The translations under genes and the position numbers were made by a program. A stretch of DNA of 56,510 nt, the filler included, from Catajapyx aquilonaris (lineage: Eukaryota), in assembly GCA_000934665.2 (NCBI GenBank). It is 3 parts of 3 records of this genome, joined end to end, with 100 filler letters (N's around TTAATTAATTAA, not from the genome) between each part and the next. Parts side by side here need not be neighbours in the genome. Positions count along the whole stretch, not along the records: positions 18,879 to 37,642 come from JYFJ02006615.1; positions 37,743 to 56,510 come from JYFJ02006616.1; 1 more part is not named here. One strand, given 5' to 3'. The notes beneath the pieces are model-generated. The model saw only the letters and a list, made by a program, of their open reading frames with translations, had not been told where the DNA came from and searched no databases. Shown here one piece after another: positions 27,263 through 39,809 of the stretch (its first letter is position 1; each line of letters opens with the position of its first letter).

Positions 27263-27534
27263 ATGCCAGGGCAAACACACTATAATGGAAGAACACTTAG
27301 TGTCATCAGCTCTAGGGATTTTCGCGTACCATCCTGGGAAAGAGAACCTTCGACGGGCACCAATCCGCTGTTTTCGAGAAAAAATTCAGCAACTGACATT
27401 AAAAGGAGATCGGCAAGGTCATGCATCACAACAGTGAAGGAATACTGCTCAAGTTCTAGCGTCCATGGGGTCAAATATATTGCCCGCGACAATGCACACA
27501 TTTGCGAAAGGTAAGTACTTCGTGCAAAATGTTA

Positions 27535-27623
<89 letters not shown>

Positions 27624-30229
27624 TATCAGGTTACTGTGGTTCGCGTGCTGGATTACGTTCCTGACAGCGGCGTTCATGTTTGTGCAACCTGTTTTTAAGA
27701 GATATGCCAACCACCAGCTAATAACCGCAGTAGAATCAACAAACACTCCCATTTGGAATGTCCCCTTTCCATCAGTTACTATTTGTAATGTTAACAAAGT
27801 CATGGGTGACTTGTACAGGGAGGCGATCAATGAGGCACCGTATGAGTATACTGCACATCAGTTGTATTCTTTGCCATGAATATATTACATTAATACAGGA
27901 TCAAAGTGCATGTTAGGTGAATTTCGATTTCAGATGGAACAATAGCCAGCACATGCCAGCCGTGATGAAGCTCCTAAGTGGTCTTGGGCAAATGAAAGTC
28001 ACCAAAAGTAACGCCGACAGTGCGGCTATGCAGAAATTTTTCAATGAGAATGCCAATTACACAGAACAACTGATGAGAAACGTAAGTGTCAGGCATAAAG
28101 CAGTTTTATTAAGTTTCCTTTTTATTGAAAATGTTCCTCAATGCTTCCATCCTAAGTTATACTTTAAAAACCCCAAATTGCACTCCAAAAGCCAGTTTAA
28201 TAAATCGGCTCTCGTGTTAATTATCTGTTTAAATATTGTGAATAATAATTAAAATAGTAAACACGAATGTGGGCTTCTACATCACTTACCACCAGTAATC
28301 TAAAAATTAATATAATTTAATTTGCCACACTATTTTCGTAGGTCACACAACCGGTAGATAGAATGTTTCTGGTATGCCGATGGCTAAGTGAACAGCAAGA
28401 CTGTAAAACCCTCTTCGAAATACGGCGGACAGATGATGGATTCTGCTGGTCTTTTAATTCCAAGCCAATGAAAGACGCGCAAAAAATTCAGAACAGGTCA
28501 GTATAGCACCTTCAACAACAAAAACTCTGGACAGTATGTCAGTGATAATTAAGCATTTCAAGAAAATGTGGATATTTCCAGCGGTAATTCATTGCTGAAT
28601 GAATTAATCACTGGAAATGTCAACAATGGCGTAGATGACGACGACGCCGACAGTTCAGAAGACGACAAAGAAGAAAATGAAAAAGAGTCATCCAAGATAC
28701 GCCATGTAAATGGGGTCGGGTCCCTGATGGGTTTAACTGTCATGCTCAACCCAGAATCTAATCACCGATCACATTCAACAGCCTCCATGACAGGTTTTAA
28801 GGTACTCGTACAGTATCATGTACACATCAAGAAAGAAAAGTAAGTCAGTTGACTAATATTGAACAAATCCTTAATAGCCCGACTCTCTTGCTTTGTTCAG
28901 CTGACTCACCAGGTTAGACAGAGAAAGTTGGTCATCTGACCTGGGCAGATTAGTCAGACGATTTATCCAATTAACTAAAACCAAAATGTGTACATTGACA
29001 CACTTTTCTTCTTTGCACACGTGAAACAAGTACCTTTTCTTTATTTTTGCCAATAGGTGCTTGTTCAAGACCCGGATGCTTTTCCAAGCATGGCCAGCAG
29101 ATCTTTCCTTGTGACCGCTGGTCGAGAGGTCTTCGCAGCGGTCACTCCGACTCAGACCTACGCCACTCAAGCAGTCAAGGAACTCCCAAAACATAATCGA
29201 TTTTGTTACTTCTCAGACGACAAGAAAATGACATTCTACTCAACCTACAGTTACGACAACTGCATTTTGGAATGCAAAATAAAAGCCATGCAAGAAAAAT
29301 GCAAATGCGTACCCTACATTTATTCGCTTTTCTGTAAGTGTCATTAATGTTATTTGAAAGCATGGTGTGATACATTGTCCAAGTCCTCGTTACATGTGTG
29401 GGGTAAGGGGGAGATATTATGCATTGTTCATGCCACCATCATCACGTTGGCAATGTTCAACAATCAGCGTTGCTTATCTTGACACTGGTATAGCTTCGGG
29501 TACCTCATTGTAGTGAACAGTGCATAACAATATGTATAATATTGTTGTTGCAGATGGCGTAAAACTGTGTGATTACAATGGAATTGCATGCATAAATAGC
29601 TATCTTCGTAAGTGGCATCCTCTCTTTAGTCCATCGCGTAATGATGTTATTAGGTAATACCTTCTGGTTTTCTTTCGACAGGAATGTTTTCTTCCTTCAC
29701 ACCACCGGAGGACGTAAGGGGTTGGAACAGGTCGATAAAGTCCATAGAAAATTGCAAATGCCGACCCACATGCAACGATGTTCGGTACAAATCGGAAGTG
29801 ACCGCTGCTGTTTATCCTACAAAACCGGGTGACATATCGGTTGTCAGGACTGGAATTAATCAGTAAGTTCTGTCTTGCTTCATAACTAAACATGTCAGTC
29901 TTACACGAATCATTTTTGTCCAGGGGTGAGCTAGTTCTACTTCGAGTTTATTTCAAGGATATGGCTTTCACCAAGTATCGCACAGATCTCCTCTACAAAT
30001 GGACTGACATTCTCGGTAAGCATTTGCACAAATTTTATGGAATAATGCTGCGTTAATATGACAATTAAACACAAGTAACATGCGATTTATTCCAGCTGCG
30101 TTTGGTGGGGTAGTAAATCTCTTCATAGGATTCAGTTTCGTCAGCATAATTGAGGTGCTCTATTTCTTTGTTCTACGTCCACTAGTCCGTGCATGCTGCA
30201 AGAAGCAAAAAGACGTCAAAGTCCAATAG
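27263..30229 (+). CDS. DEG/ENaC (pickpocket-family) channel subunit, copy 2; 10 exons, 572 aa
   Basis: Exons 27263-27510, 27630-27839, 27934-28081, 28342-28496, 28582-28801, 29057-29333, 29554-29607, 29682-29862, 29924-30015, 30096-30229. Same intron positions and phases as copy 1. SSVHG, FPSVTICN, GFCWSFNS, TM2 ILAAFGGVVNLFIGFSFVSIIE. Confidence 0.93.
27536..27622. repeat. (TAT)n microsatellite in intron 1 of channel copy 2
   Basis: Perfect run ending 7 nt before the end of the intron (acceptor AG at 27628-27629). Confidence 0.95.
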
Positions 30230-30637
30230 ACTGATTGGATTGTGCCAGACTCTCGTTCACAAAATAATGGTCCGAGTAACATAAGTCATATATAAGCCCT
30301 AAGGCAGTTTCACTTCACCCCAAAGTACAAGTGGGAGTGTAGTACTTGCATATTCCAGCCTGTATTGTTATCAGTTTAGTTGCTTAAAAAGCTGTGCACC
30401 AAAACAGTGGCTACAAATGACCGAACAGTCTCGTTAACGCTACAGAATGATGTGGTAAGCTGCTGTTTTAAATGAACCACTTTTCACTAAATTGTAAAAT
30501 ATTTGAAATTTTCTCTCGCTATTAATTGTATTGTTGTGTATGTCATTATCAAATGTGCTTATTACCCCGTTTTTGAGGCGGAGCCCCTTTAGGGGGAGTA
30601 TCCCAAGCTATGATTTGACGATGTCTCTGGTGGTAAC

Positions 30638-30639
30638 AA

Positions 30640-30690
<51 letters not shown>

Positions 30691-30693
30691 ATA
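30638..30693. repeat. (TAAA)n microsatellite, possibly a retroelement tail
   Basis: Perfect tetranucleotide run between channel copies 2 and 3. Confidence 0.9.
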
Positions 30694-31284
30694 TGGCTAT
30701 GATTTCATGGTTTTTTCTTGCAAGTTCTTGTTATAAAATATATGTTGTATCAAAGCTAAGTGAGGTACTGTATTTTTTAATTGGTCCACGTTTTCTACAG
30801 AAACTCGGTTTTTTATTGTCGTACCACTTGATAGCCTAAATATTGCTGCAGCCTTATAAAATCGTCTCCTATTTCTATGAATCATGCTTTACCTATTGTA
30901 AATTAAAACTGAGTGTGTATGTCCTCACCAGACATTGATCCTATCCTGTTATTAGGACAAATATTTTCCCTCAGACATTCATGACAACTGTCGCTATACT
31001 AACAGCGCGATCAATGTCTTATAATTTCAATAGAATAACATGGCATACTATTGGGATTTATCGCTTACAGCACCTTAGCACCAAAAATCACAGGTAACAG
31101 CAACATTTCGAGTACTGCTGGTTGCCATTTTACGTAAGCACTAAAATATAACACATCCAACAGCTATATCATGAATAGACAGAATGCATATTGACTCAGT
31201 CTAGCTTCATCAGGCACAAACCGCACAATACAGCCATGTCAAAAGTACAGATTCGTGATTTTGGTGCAGAAACTTGAGGCAGTC

Positions 31285-34070
31285 ATGACAAATAGCACTT
31301 TTCGAAGCCTAAATTGGGAAAGAAATATCGGTATATCAAGTGTGCCTGACAACACTTCCTGTTCGACGCAAGCCACTGCCTGCAATACTCATAAAAAATC
31401 ACCAAGCAGTTGCCTGAACGTAACAAAGGATTACTGTGACAATACTACCATTCATGGAGTGAAGTACATTGGCACAGACGACGTCTTCATCATGGAACGG
31501 TAAACATCACTGTTGTTGTAGTTGTTAATATAACTGCTAGTATTATGTGCTGTTTTTACCCGTAACTCTAGGATACTCTGGCTCGTGTGCTTCATTGCTT
31601 CCTTAACTGGAGCAATACTGTTTGTACGGCCAATTTTGAAGAGATACTCCAACAACCAACTCATGACCACCATACAATCAACTGACACTCCCATCTGGGA
31701 TGTCGCCTTTCCGGCAGTAACCATTTGTAATGTTAACAAAGTCATGAAAAACTTGTACCACAACGCAACCGCACAAGAACCGTGGGAGTACTCCTCTTAT
31801 ACCATCACAAATTATCACAAAGCACAACTCACTGTTTCGCATTTTACTGTACTGCACGCTATGCTACGCATCCGTTTGAGTAATATAACAAAATTAACCT
31901 TTTAAATTCCCAGTTGGAAAAATAGCCCTCATATGGATAAGGTAATGAAGCTTCTTAGTGGCCTTGGTGAAATGAGAGTTACCTCCGGTGGACAAGACGA
32001 GGAAGACATTAAACAATTTTTCGACAAAAATGTGAATGCCACAGATCGCCTGATGCGGGATGTACGTACACATTTCATTGCAATATGCTATTAACTTTCT
32101 GCAATTAAATAATCTGTGGGATACACTGGTAAAGAACGATCGCTAATTGCACATTATTTCACCGTGAAATTAAATTTCGCGAAAGAAATTGTACTGATGG
32201 TTTAAAACAAGGCGTGGTAGTGGGTAGAATGGGATCAAATGTAAGTTTGACATTCGCAAAACATGTTTAAATTGTTTCTCAACATTTCAGGTAGTGCAAC
32301 CAATCGAGTGGATGGCCCTTTCATGTTACTGGATGGGGACAAAATCAGACTGTAGCCAGCTATTTGAATCGCGCCGAACAGATTACGGTTACTGCTGGTC
32401 GTTCAACTCCAAGAAAATGAAGGATAAGCAAGAAATTACGTTAGTATCGTATCAAGGCACAAAATATTATGAAGGGCACATTATTTGTTGGTTAATGGTC
32501 TATATACCTCGTGCGCTGTATGCAGTACAACATACTCGTACCCTTAGAATTTGGCACTCTCGCTCGAAATCTCGGGTCATACTCAATAACTCGAGGTGTA
32601 TACCTTTGGTGTATACTGTACCTTGTTCTGGTTAACGCCAATCTTAATATTTCAGAAATGCTATTCTTGGTATAAACATCACAACTGAAGATTCCGAAGC
32701 ACCAACAGAGGAAGATTTGATCACCGACAAAGAGGAGAGCCTCAATATCCGCAGGGTAAACGGACCGGGTCCTATCCTGGGTTTAACTGTCCTGCTCAGC
32801 CCTGAATCCGAAAATGCAGGTCACTCTACAGCCTACGTCAATGGATTCAAGGTGCACGCAATCTTTCCAGATACACTATTCCATGGTAGTAAGGTAAATA
32901 TGGGTGTCTTACGGAAAGCTTGGCACATTTCAGGTTCTGATACACGACCCCAGCGCTTTCCCGACCATGGCCAGCAGGTCTTTCCTTGTATCCGGTGGTA
33001 GAGAAATCTTCGCATCGGTCACTCCGACAATCACAAGTAGCACTCATTTAGTCCGGCAGATTCCAAAAAATAAGCGATTCTGTTATTTCCAAGATGAGAA
33101 GCACATGACATTATATAAAACCTACAGTTATGATAACTGCATTCTGGAATGCAAAATAAGAACTATGATCAACCACTGCAATTGCGTACCCTACATATAT
33201 TCTATGTTCAGTAAGTGTCATTCCGAGTTTAATTTACACTATTCAAAAAGCATGAATCAAATATTAAATATGTTTCAGGCGGCGTAGACGGCGTGAAAGT
33301 ATGTAATTACAGCGGAATGAAATGTGTGAATGAGCACTTGAGTAAGTATGCACGCTTTAAGACACTAAGCAATTATTATTGTGAATTGAACAAGACTCAG
33401 AAAGCACAAAATGCAAAGTATTTCATTGGGTACACATATCCCTTGATGTGATGTCACAGATCTACAACGACCCCCATCACTCTCTGCTCTTCCTACCAAT
33501 GCTAGAGCATGACATTATCTTTCCTTCATTTTCACAGGAATGTTGTCATCCATAAAACCGGATGTTGAAGTAAAGGGTTTGGAACCAGGAATAATGTCAA
33601 TGGAAAATTGTACCTGTAAACCCAAATGCGATGATCTGCGGTATGAAACGGACATAAGCGAGGCTGTATACAAACTCGACCAAAGAAAATTAGCCAACAT
33701 TACTGATCTGCTAGTCACTAAGTAAGTGCTGTTGTTTTAACCCTACAGCAAGAACATTTTGCCATAATACGTTTATTTATTTAGCCCTTCTGAACTTGTC
33801 TTGCTCCGAGTTTTCTTCAAGGAAATGATGTGCACCACGTATCTCACAGACCTAGTGTACAAATGGACTGATTTGCTCTGTAAGTAGCGACTCATAATGC
33901 ATCTGTTAATGCAGATCATTCTTGACTCTTAAATGCATTTCATTTCAGCTACCTTTGGTGGATTAGTTAACCTCTTCACCGGATTCAGCTTCATCAGTGC
34001 TTGTGAAGTGCTCTATTTTTTCGTCCTCTGTCCACTATTCCGTATATGCATGCGCCCAAAAACCGATTAG
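31285..34070 (+). CDS. DEG/ENaC (pickpocket-family) channel subunit, copy 3; 10 exons, about 552 aa
   Basis: Exons 31285-31499, 31572-31781, 31914-32061, 32291-32439, 32656-32851, 32934-33210, 33279-33341, 33538-33721, 33785-33879, 33949-34070. Frame open. TTIHG, FPAVTICN, GYCWSFNS, TM2 LLSTFGGLVNLFTGFSFISACE. Confidence 0.93.
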
Positions 34071-35099
34071 ATGCAACAGATAGGACTTATTACGCACAGT
34101 ATCTGTAAATGGCACCCTACACTATATGACATCATGTACTGTAAGCCAACTGATGAATTGCTGTATTTTCACTTGATAATCTGTTACGGCAATCAACGAG
34201 TGATTGCAGCAAAACCTTGTTACTTTACCCAACATAAAATGTCAACAAAGGCACTCTGTAAGTGGATAGGTGACCACTAATTATACATCCGCCTCTGGCC
34301 TCCACGTCCATTTACATGGCAAATTAAACCTGGCGTAGAAATGCATCGGATCCCTGCAGATCGCTCAAAAAGTCTTTCACCCAACCAGAAAGCAATCGAA
34401 TTTCGCTCAGAGGCCTTGGTTTGCTGGTTTCAGCCTCAGTTAACCAGCACAGCGTAAAGCAAACACTCACTGGCACGCTTCAATCTGGCGACATGTACAC
34501 CATTCTTTGTCCAAGTTGTCACAAAGGGCCAGTCGCAGGAATAATAAATTAGCGGTTTATGACAATCTATTCTATGATAATTTTTATCAAATTTGTTAAC
34601 AATGCAGCTAGGATATCACTATAATACCCTTTCTCCCACCTACCCCAAAATTATCCCCCTTGAAAATTCAGCTGTCAACGCTGTCAGAAAGAGGACCGGC
34701 TGTGACCACCACTATATAAAACCAGGGTAACAAACTACTAAGAAAAACCAGGCCCGGTTACACGAGCCCGTCCCGCAAAGTCCATGCATAAAGCCCATCT
34801 ATAGAGTGTAACCCCCCCGGGGAGGCAGTGTTCACAAAACAAGCCGCGGAACCCGCGGCTAACTTTCCGACAATGCCAATCCAGTCACGCGTGAAGTCGC
34901 CTTTCCGTCTCTGTACAAGCACCCAACGACAGCATGGCTGCCAAAAGGGAAGGCCCCACTGTTGCCAGGCCCAGATCATCATATATACACTCCAGTTCAC
35001 AAATTTTGTCACAATTTTGAACAAGCCTCAGGAGCAGCTCAGGAGAGTTTATGAATTAGTCACTCCAGATTGCGCATGCGCAATCTGGAGTGACTAATA

Positions 35100-37642
35100 A
35101 ACTTTCAAATGTCTACATTAGTGAATCTAAAATTTAAGAACCTATTCTAAAATTGCGAATTTAAATTTTAAAAATCCGATCAGGCTTGGGCTGTCCCCCT
35201 TGCGTACGGTCCACACAAACAGACTCCAGATTCAGCGAGCCGCAGCAGCGCCACAGAATTTTAGGCGGGGGACTCCCAAGAGGATTTCGTTTGGGGAAAA
35301 GTTTTCCCGCGGTTAGCCTCGCTTGGACATTCCGGGTGTGCGTGGGCTTATTCCTCCGGGCCACCTTTTGCAAGTCGAGTAGGCCCGCGAATATATTCTG
35401 CCGGCTACTTTACACAGCGGAGTGCAGCAGAGGCTTGGGACATTGACCGCAAACAATGCCCGGTACAAACTAGGAATTTATCAAGAGGCTAGAGCAAACA
35501 AGATGGAAAACGGTTGTCGTCCACCGTTTCGTTATTGATCCCGAATAAACTCTTTGTGGCATAACGTTGCCTGTGGTATAACAAGGCGTGGCAACAAAAA
35601 AAAAATGTATATTCCGCGCGGTCTAATCGCGTTTAATGCACCTTGCTTCTCTTTGTGCATTGCAAGCGACATGGGAGTGGTTGGTGCAAATTACTCTTTT
35701 GTTTTGAGTAAATGCACCATAAATGAGCAAACGAAGCTGCACTGTAGTAGGCAGTTGAACATGAAACTCGCGGATAAAAGTATACTGCAAACTGAATCTC
35801 GTACATTCAACGCCAGGTTGGTCTATATCGAAAATGGATCGCATCAACAAGCATCTCATATCGCCAATATCACATTTTGTTCTACATGTAGATACACCCC
35901 ACTCAGAAAATGTGTGAAAACCATAATCACTTCATATTCAAATAGCTTGACTCATATTCAAATCACCTGAGTGATATCTTTGGATAGGGGTCATTTCCAG
36001 CATTCCAGGTCCAAGTCATTGATTGATCAGCAATTTCCATGCTGTTTCTGCACAAACCTTATTGTTACCACGAGCATACTGACATGACGGATATGAAAGG
36101 GAAACCACACTACAGAGTTCATCGTCTCCGTCTACAAGCGTTGGAAAGGCCATTCAGCCCTCATTTCCCTATTAGCAGGCGGCCATTTATTCACACCAAG
36201 GCTGTTCCAACCGTCCCATCCCGGCCCTTGCAATTCCTCAAAATATTGACAAAAATCCTCAAGCATCAAGGTGAAACTTCATATCTGACGTTATCTTATC
36301 AACCATCCCCCCCCCTAGCTCTCGGCTTGGATCCATACCCACATTGAGGTTCAGCAATGTGGAAGAAACATGACTGGCCAACTGGAAAAACAAAAATTTT
36401 CGCATTATCGGTTGGAGGCTCCAATCCAGTACCCGAATCAGGTTTTCTGGCTCCTTTTCAGGTCGTTGCCAACCCTCCCAATCGGCCCACCTTCCAAGGT
36501 TCCAATCCCGTCCAGACCAATTCGATTTAAGACCCCGCACTTTTTCCCTGCCTGTTTGAATGAGAAGAATTCTGAATCAGCATCGTGGCGATTAGTAGTA
36601 CCGAGCCCCGGGGTGAATAAACATCTGTCCATGCCCCCCCTAGCCTTCGACTGGCCATCAATCTCAGATGGGGGCCACAACTGGTCGGTTGGAAAACAGA
36701 GAGTGTATAGTTCCCGGTCTTTGCAGTTGGCCATCCATCTTATCTGCGCGTCCTTTGGGCCCTCACGGCCAAGCACGCCTAAGCAAGCACGAATGGGCTC
36801 CAACATGGCCAGTTGCGATCAATTCTGTCGCAGGATACCCGCTGCCACCCGCCATTCAGTCAGGTCGCGACAAATATGGTGGAGGCCAGTCCAGAGTATC
36901 TTTCCTCATTTGCAAGGGTTTGGCGAGTGTCCAGGCACAGGGGTGTGAATCCTCAAAGGGCAACTCAGGGAATTTGGGAACAAGTGTCGTTCCTAACCCC
37001 TTTGCTTTGTAGATAATGTTTCATTATACTGGGCCACCCTGTAGGTAGACAGCGAAGATAGTACGTCCCCATGTGTTCTGTCGAAATATGCGGGGTATGG
37101 CCAGGGTTGAACGACTGCTTCATATGTACACGTGACGGAATAGGATCTCCCAACTATTTTGAGTTGCCATATCCGACAGTGTGTATGTCTTTAATGCCAC
37201 ATGCTCCCACGTCCAACAGCCCCAGGGTCCATCCAATCTTCCTTCCCCCAGCTTTAACTTTTCTTTTGGTGACCGTAAAAACAGGTCGTGAAACTTTTGT
37301 GGCCCTCTGCTCCCCCATCCAAAGAGCTGCACAGCACATGCTCTCTACTCGAAACAAGTGTGTACACACACCATGCGTTTCAATTAATCAAGCATGGTGG
37401 TAATCCTCAATTATATCTCTGATGAACTGTTTGGGAGAGGAGCCTGAGGGGCACGTTTCGTCCTGTGGAAAGGCAAAGGGGCATCCATCTCTGTCTGGTC
37501 CAATCCAATTCCAGCAGAGTTGGGGAGGGATATGCCGCGCCACCGCACCGTCCCAAATTCAATCCGCTTTGGTGCACAAACTAAGCAGGTCCTAGGACTA
37601 GTCATGCCCCTCCTAATGGTCGCAGCCTTCTGCTGATAATTC
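35100..37642 (-). mobile_element. Possible decayed L1/Tx1-like LINE fragments
   Basis: GC-richer sequence. Broken minus-strand frames give WEGW...LQPIMRKFLFFQLASHVSSTLLNL (about 36350-36490) and CTPLCK...SPNEILLG...AAR*IWSL (about 35150-35450), reminiscent of L1-clade ORF2 C-termini. Many stops and frameshifts; no RT core motif seen. Confidence 0.3.
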
Positions 37643-37742
37643 NNNNNNNNNNNNNNNNNNNNNNNNNNNNNNNNNNNNNNNNNNNNTTAATTAATTAANN
37701 NNNNNNNNNNNNNNNNNNNNNNNNNNNNNNNNNNNNNNNNNN
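37643..37742. other. Synthetic contig linker (N44-TTAATTAATTAA-N44)
   Basis: Identical in structure to 18779-18878. Confidence 0.95.
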
Positions 37743-38126
37743 GCAATCAAGCTGACCTCGACACACCTGACACGTGGTATCTAACTGCTAAAAAGTATCA
37801 CATTGAGAGTAGCATGCAATCGAGTCATAAATGGTACTACTTCCACATGGAATCATGCACATATAAGCCTACGGTGCAAACGTGCTGCTAAGCAGGCGGT
37901 TATGCCACATTTTAGCACCCTGAGGACGTCAGCGCATCTTTCTTCAGAAAGGCAGGTGCGGTGATGGATAACAAGATGCCATGTCACACGTCACGTCCTA
38001 TTGCCACTTGGAACAATATTTCACTGGGCAGGACCAGAGAGTGTCGACGACCGGATGGGTGGTGATATAGAAACATATTTTTTAAACCTCAAAGTTCGAG
38101 CCAAATTTCACAATTTCCACACAGAG

Positions 38127-38132
38127 TATAAA
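38127..38132 (+). promoter_or_regulatory. TATA box of peptide gene P1
   Basis: TATAAA starting 54 nt upstream of ATG 38181; mirrored in paralogue P2. Confidence 0.6.
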
Positions 38133-38180
38133 ATGTAGCAGGAGTTGGTAACTGGTTCATGACCAATAATAATTGTCGAG

Positions 38181-39360
38181 ATGAAGGTGGCCTCGCTGTT
38201 TATGCTGCTGCTGGCATGCACGTTCGCTCTGGTAAGCTCTGGTTGAGTGGTAAAGGAGCTTTGGAGTCACCTATCTAATGCTTCTTACATTTAGGCTGTG
38301 CCATTGACCGACCATCACAATTTCCAAGGAAATGATGATCAGCAAGTGGAATGCGCTGGTAATATATCATTGTTATACATTTTTAGCGTCTATAGCCGTC
38401 TAAGCACGTGATTGTAGACTGGCAAAATCTTAAACGTTAATTCTGAACAAAGTGAACAAAGACAAAGCAATGTTTTTCAAATTAAGCGTACATGTTGTTT
38501 ATACCGATAATAAGTCCGTAAATTCGTTTGATTATTAATTTTAAAATATTTTACCATTGGTTTATTTTCACAGGTGGAGCCTGCAACCATGATGAGGTGA
38601 GCTCTAAACCTATTTGAAAAATTCTGATAATTGATTATGACCTGTAAAGGGTTGACCTAGCTCTCATTTGAATAACTACACTTTCCTATGTTTTTATTTT
38701 TGCAAAAATATATCAGTTCCTAGGATGATTAGGCCTATTAATATTTGCAACGGTCTCGTGCTTTGTAATCATAATCGTGCAATGTTACAGATATCTGAAC
38801 TGGTGAAGCGAAGCGCTCCAAATTCTGCAGTGGTGACAGCAGGAGGTAAATTAAGATATTACAGTATTCTCGTGTACTCTTCAATTTTGAGTCATTACAC
38901 GCCATGTTGTGCGTATGCTGATGATTTCTGATGAATGTTTTAAAATTTAATAGAATTTTGCTATAGTTGAATGCATTGTCCTTATAAGGTATAAGGAGGC
39001 AATTATTAGAGTCACAGGCGGTCAAGGGTGACTCGTAGAATAGTGACCTCGAAAAGATAATATAATAAAGCAAATAAATACGATTGTCATCATCACACTC
39101 AATCAGATTTGGCTTGAAAATAATGTGACATGGCCGCCTTCTTCTAAACATGATGCGAATTATTTATTTTAGAGCGTGCTGCAGAGGGTGGTAAAGGAAA
39201 AGGAAAGAGCAAGGGAAAGGGGAAGGGGAAGGGGAAAGGTAAGGGGAAAGGTGGAAAAGGTCAAGGTGGAAAAGGACAAGGTGAAGGAGAACAGCAAGAA
39301 CCGCCTACAGCAGTAGATGCCATGCCTGCAGGAGCTCAAGCGAAGGAGAGAAGAAGATAA
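38181..39360 (+). CDS. Secreted Gly/Lys-rich prepropeptide P1; 5 exons, 126 aa, unknown family
   Basis: Exons 38181-38231, 38295-38358, 38574-38596, 38791-38845, 39173-39360 (GT-AG, phases 0,1,0,1). Translation: MKVASLFMLLLACTFALAVPLTDHHNFQGNDDQQVECAGGACNHDEISELVKRSAPNSAVVTAGERAAEGGKGKGKSKGKGKGKGKGKGKGGKGQGGKGQGEGEQQEPPTAVDAMPAGAQAKERRR. AATAAA at 39454-39459. The paralogue has the same exon structure. Confidence 0.82.
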
Positions 39361-39763
39361 GCAACTCGGAATACCAATGTATTAAGTTGTCTTTGCAAAT
39401 GAAGTGACACTTGCATTAACGACAAAAACACTGTAGACTATAGGCTATAGCAAAATAAAGCAAATACAGCTGAAGTAATGGATTGTGTAAGCAACCTGGA
39501 AGGATGTCGAATGAATGGAGGATTATGTCACCTTTCGGTCACACATTTGTTATCAGGGTCAAATAATTAGTCCTGGCTAGGTTTCATGCCGCACGATAAT
39601 AATATTGCAAGCAAACGGACAGGGAAATAAAACAAAGTCCGCTACCGGAAGGCGGGAGATGTTTACAAACTTGGATTATTTTTGTTTGCCAATTTGAGCC
39701 CAAATGCCACGCATGCATGCTACTTCCTCGCAGGTATATGCTTGGATAAAGAGGTTTGAATCC

Positions 39764-39769
39764 TATAAA
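39764..39769 (+). promoter_or_regulatory. TATA box of peptide gene P2
   Basis: TATAAA starting 46 nt upstream of ATG 39810. Confidence 0.6.
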
Positions 39770-39809
39770 TCCTGCTGGTGAGTGGATTTGTCCTGCAAAA
39801 TCTGTCGAG

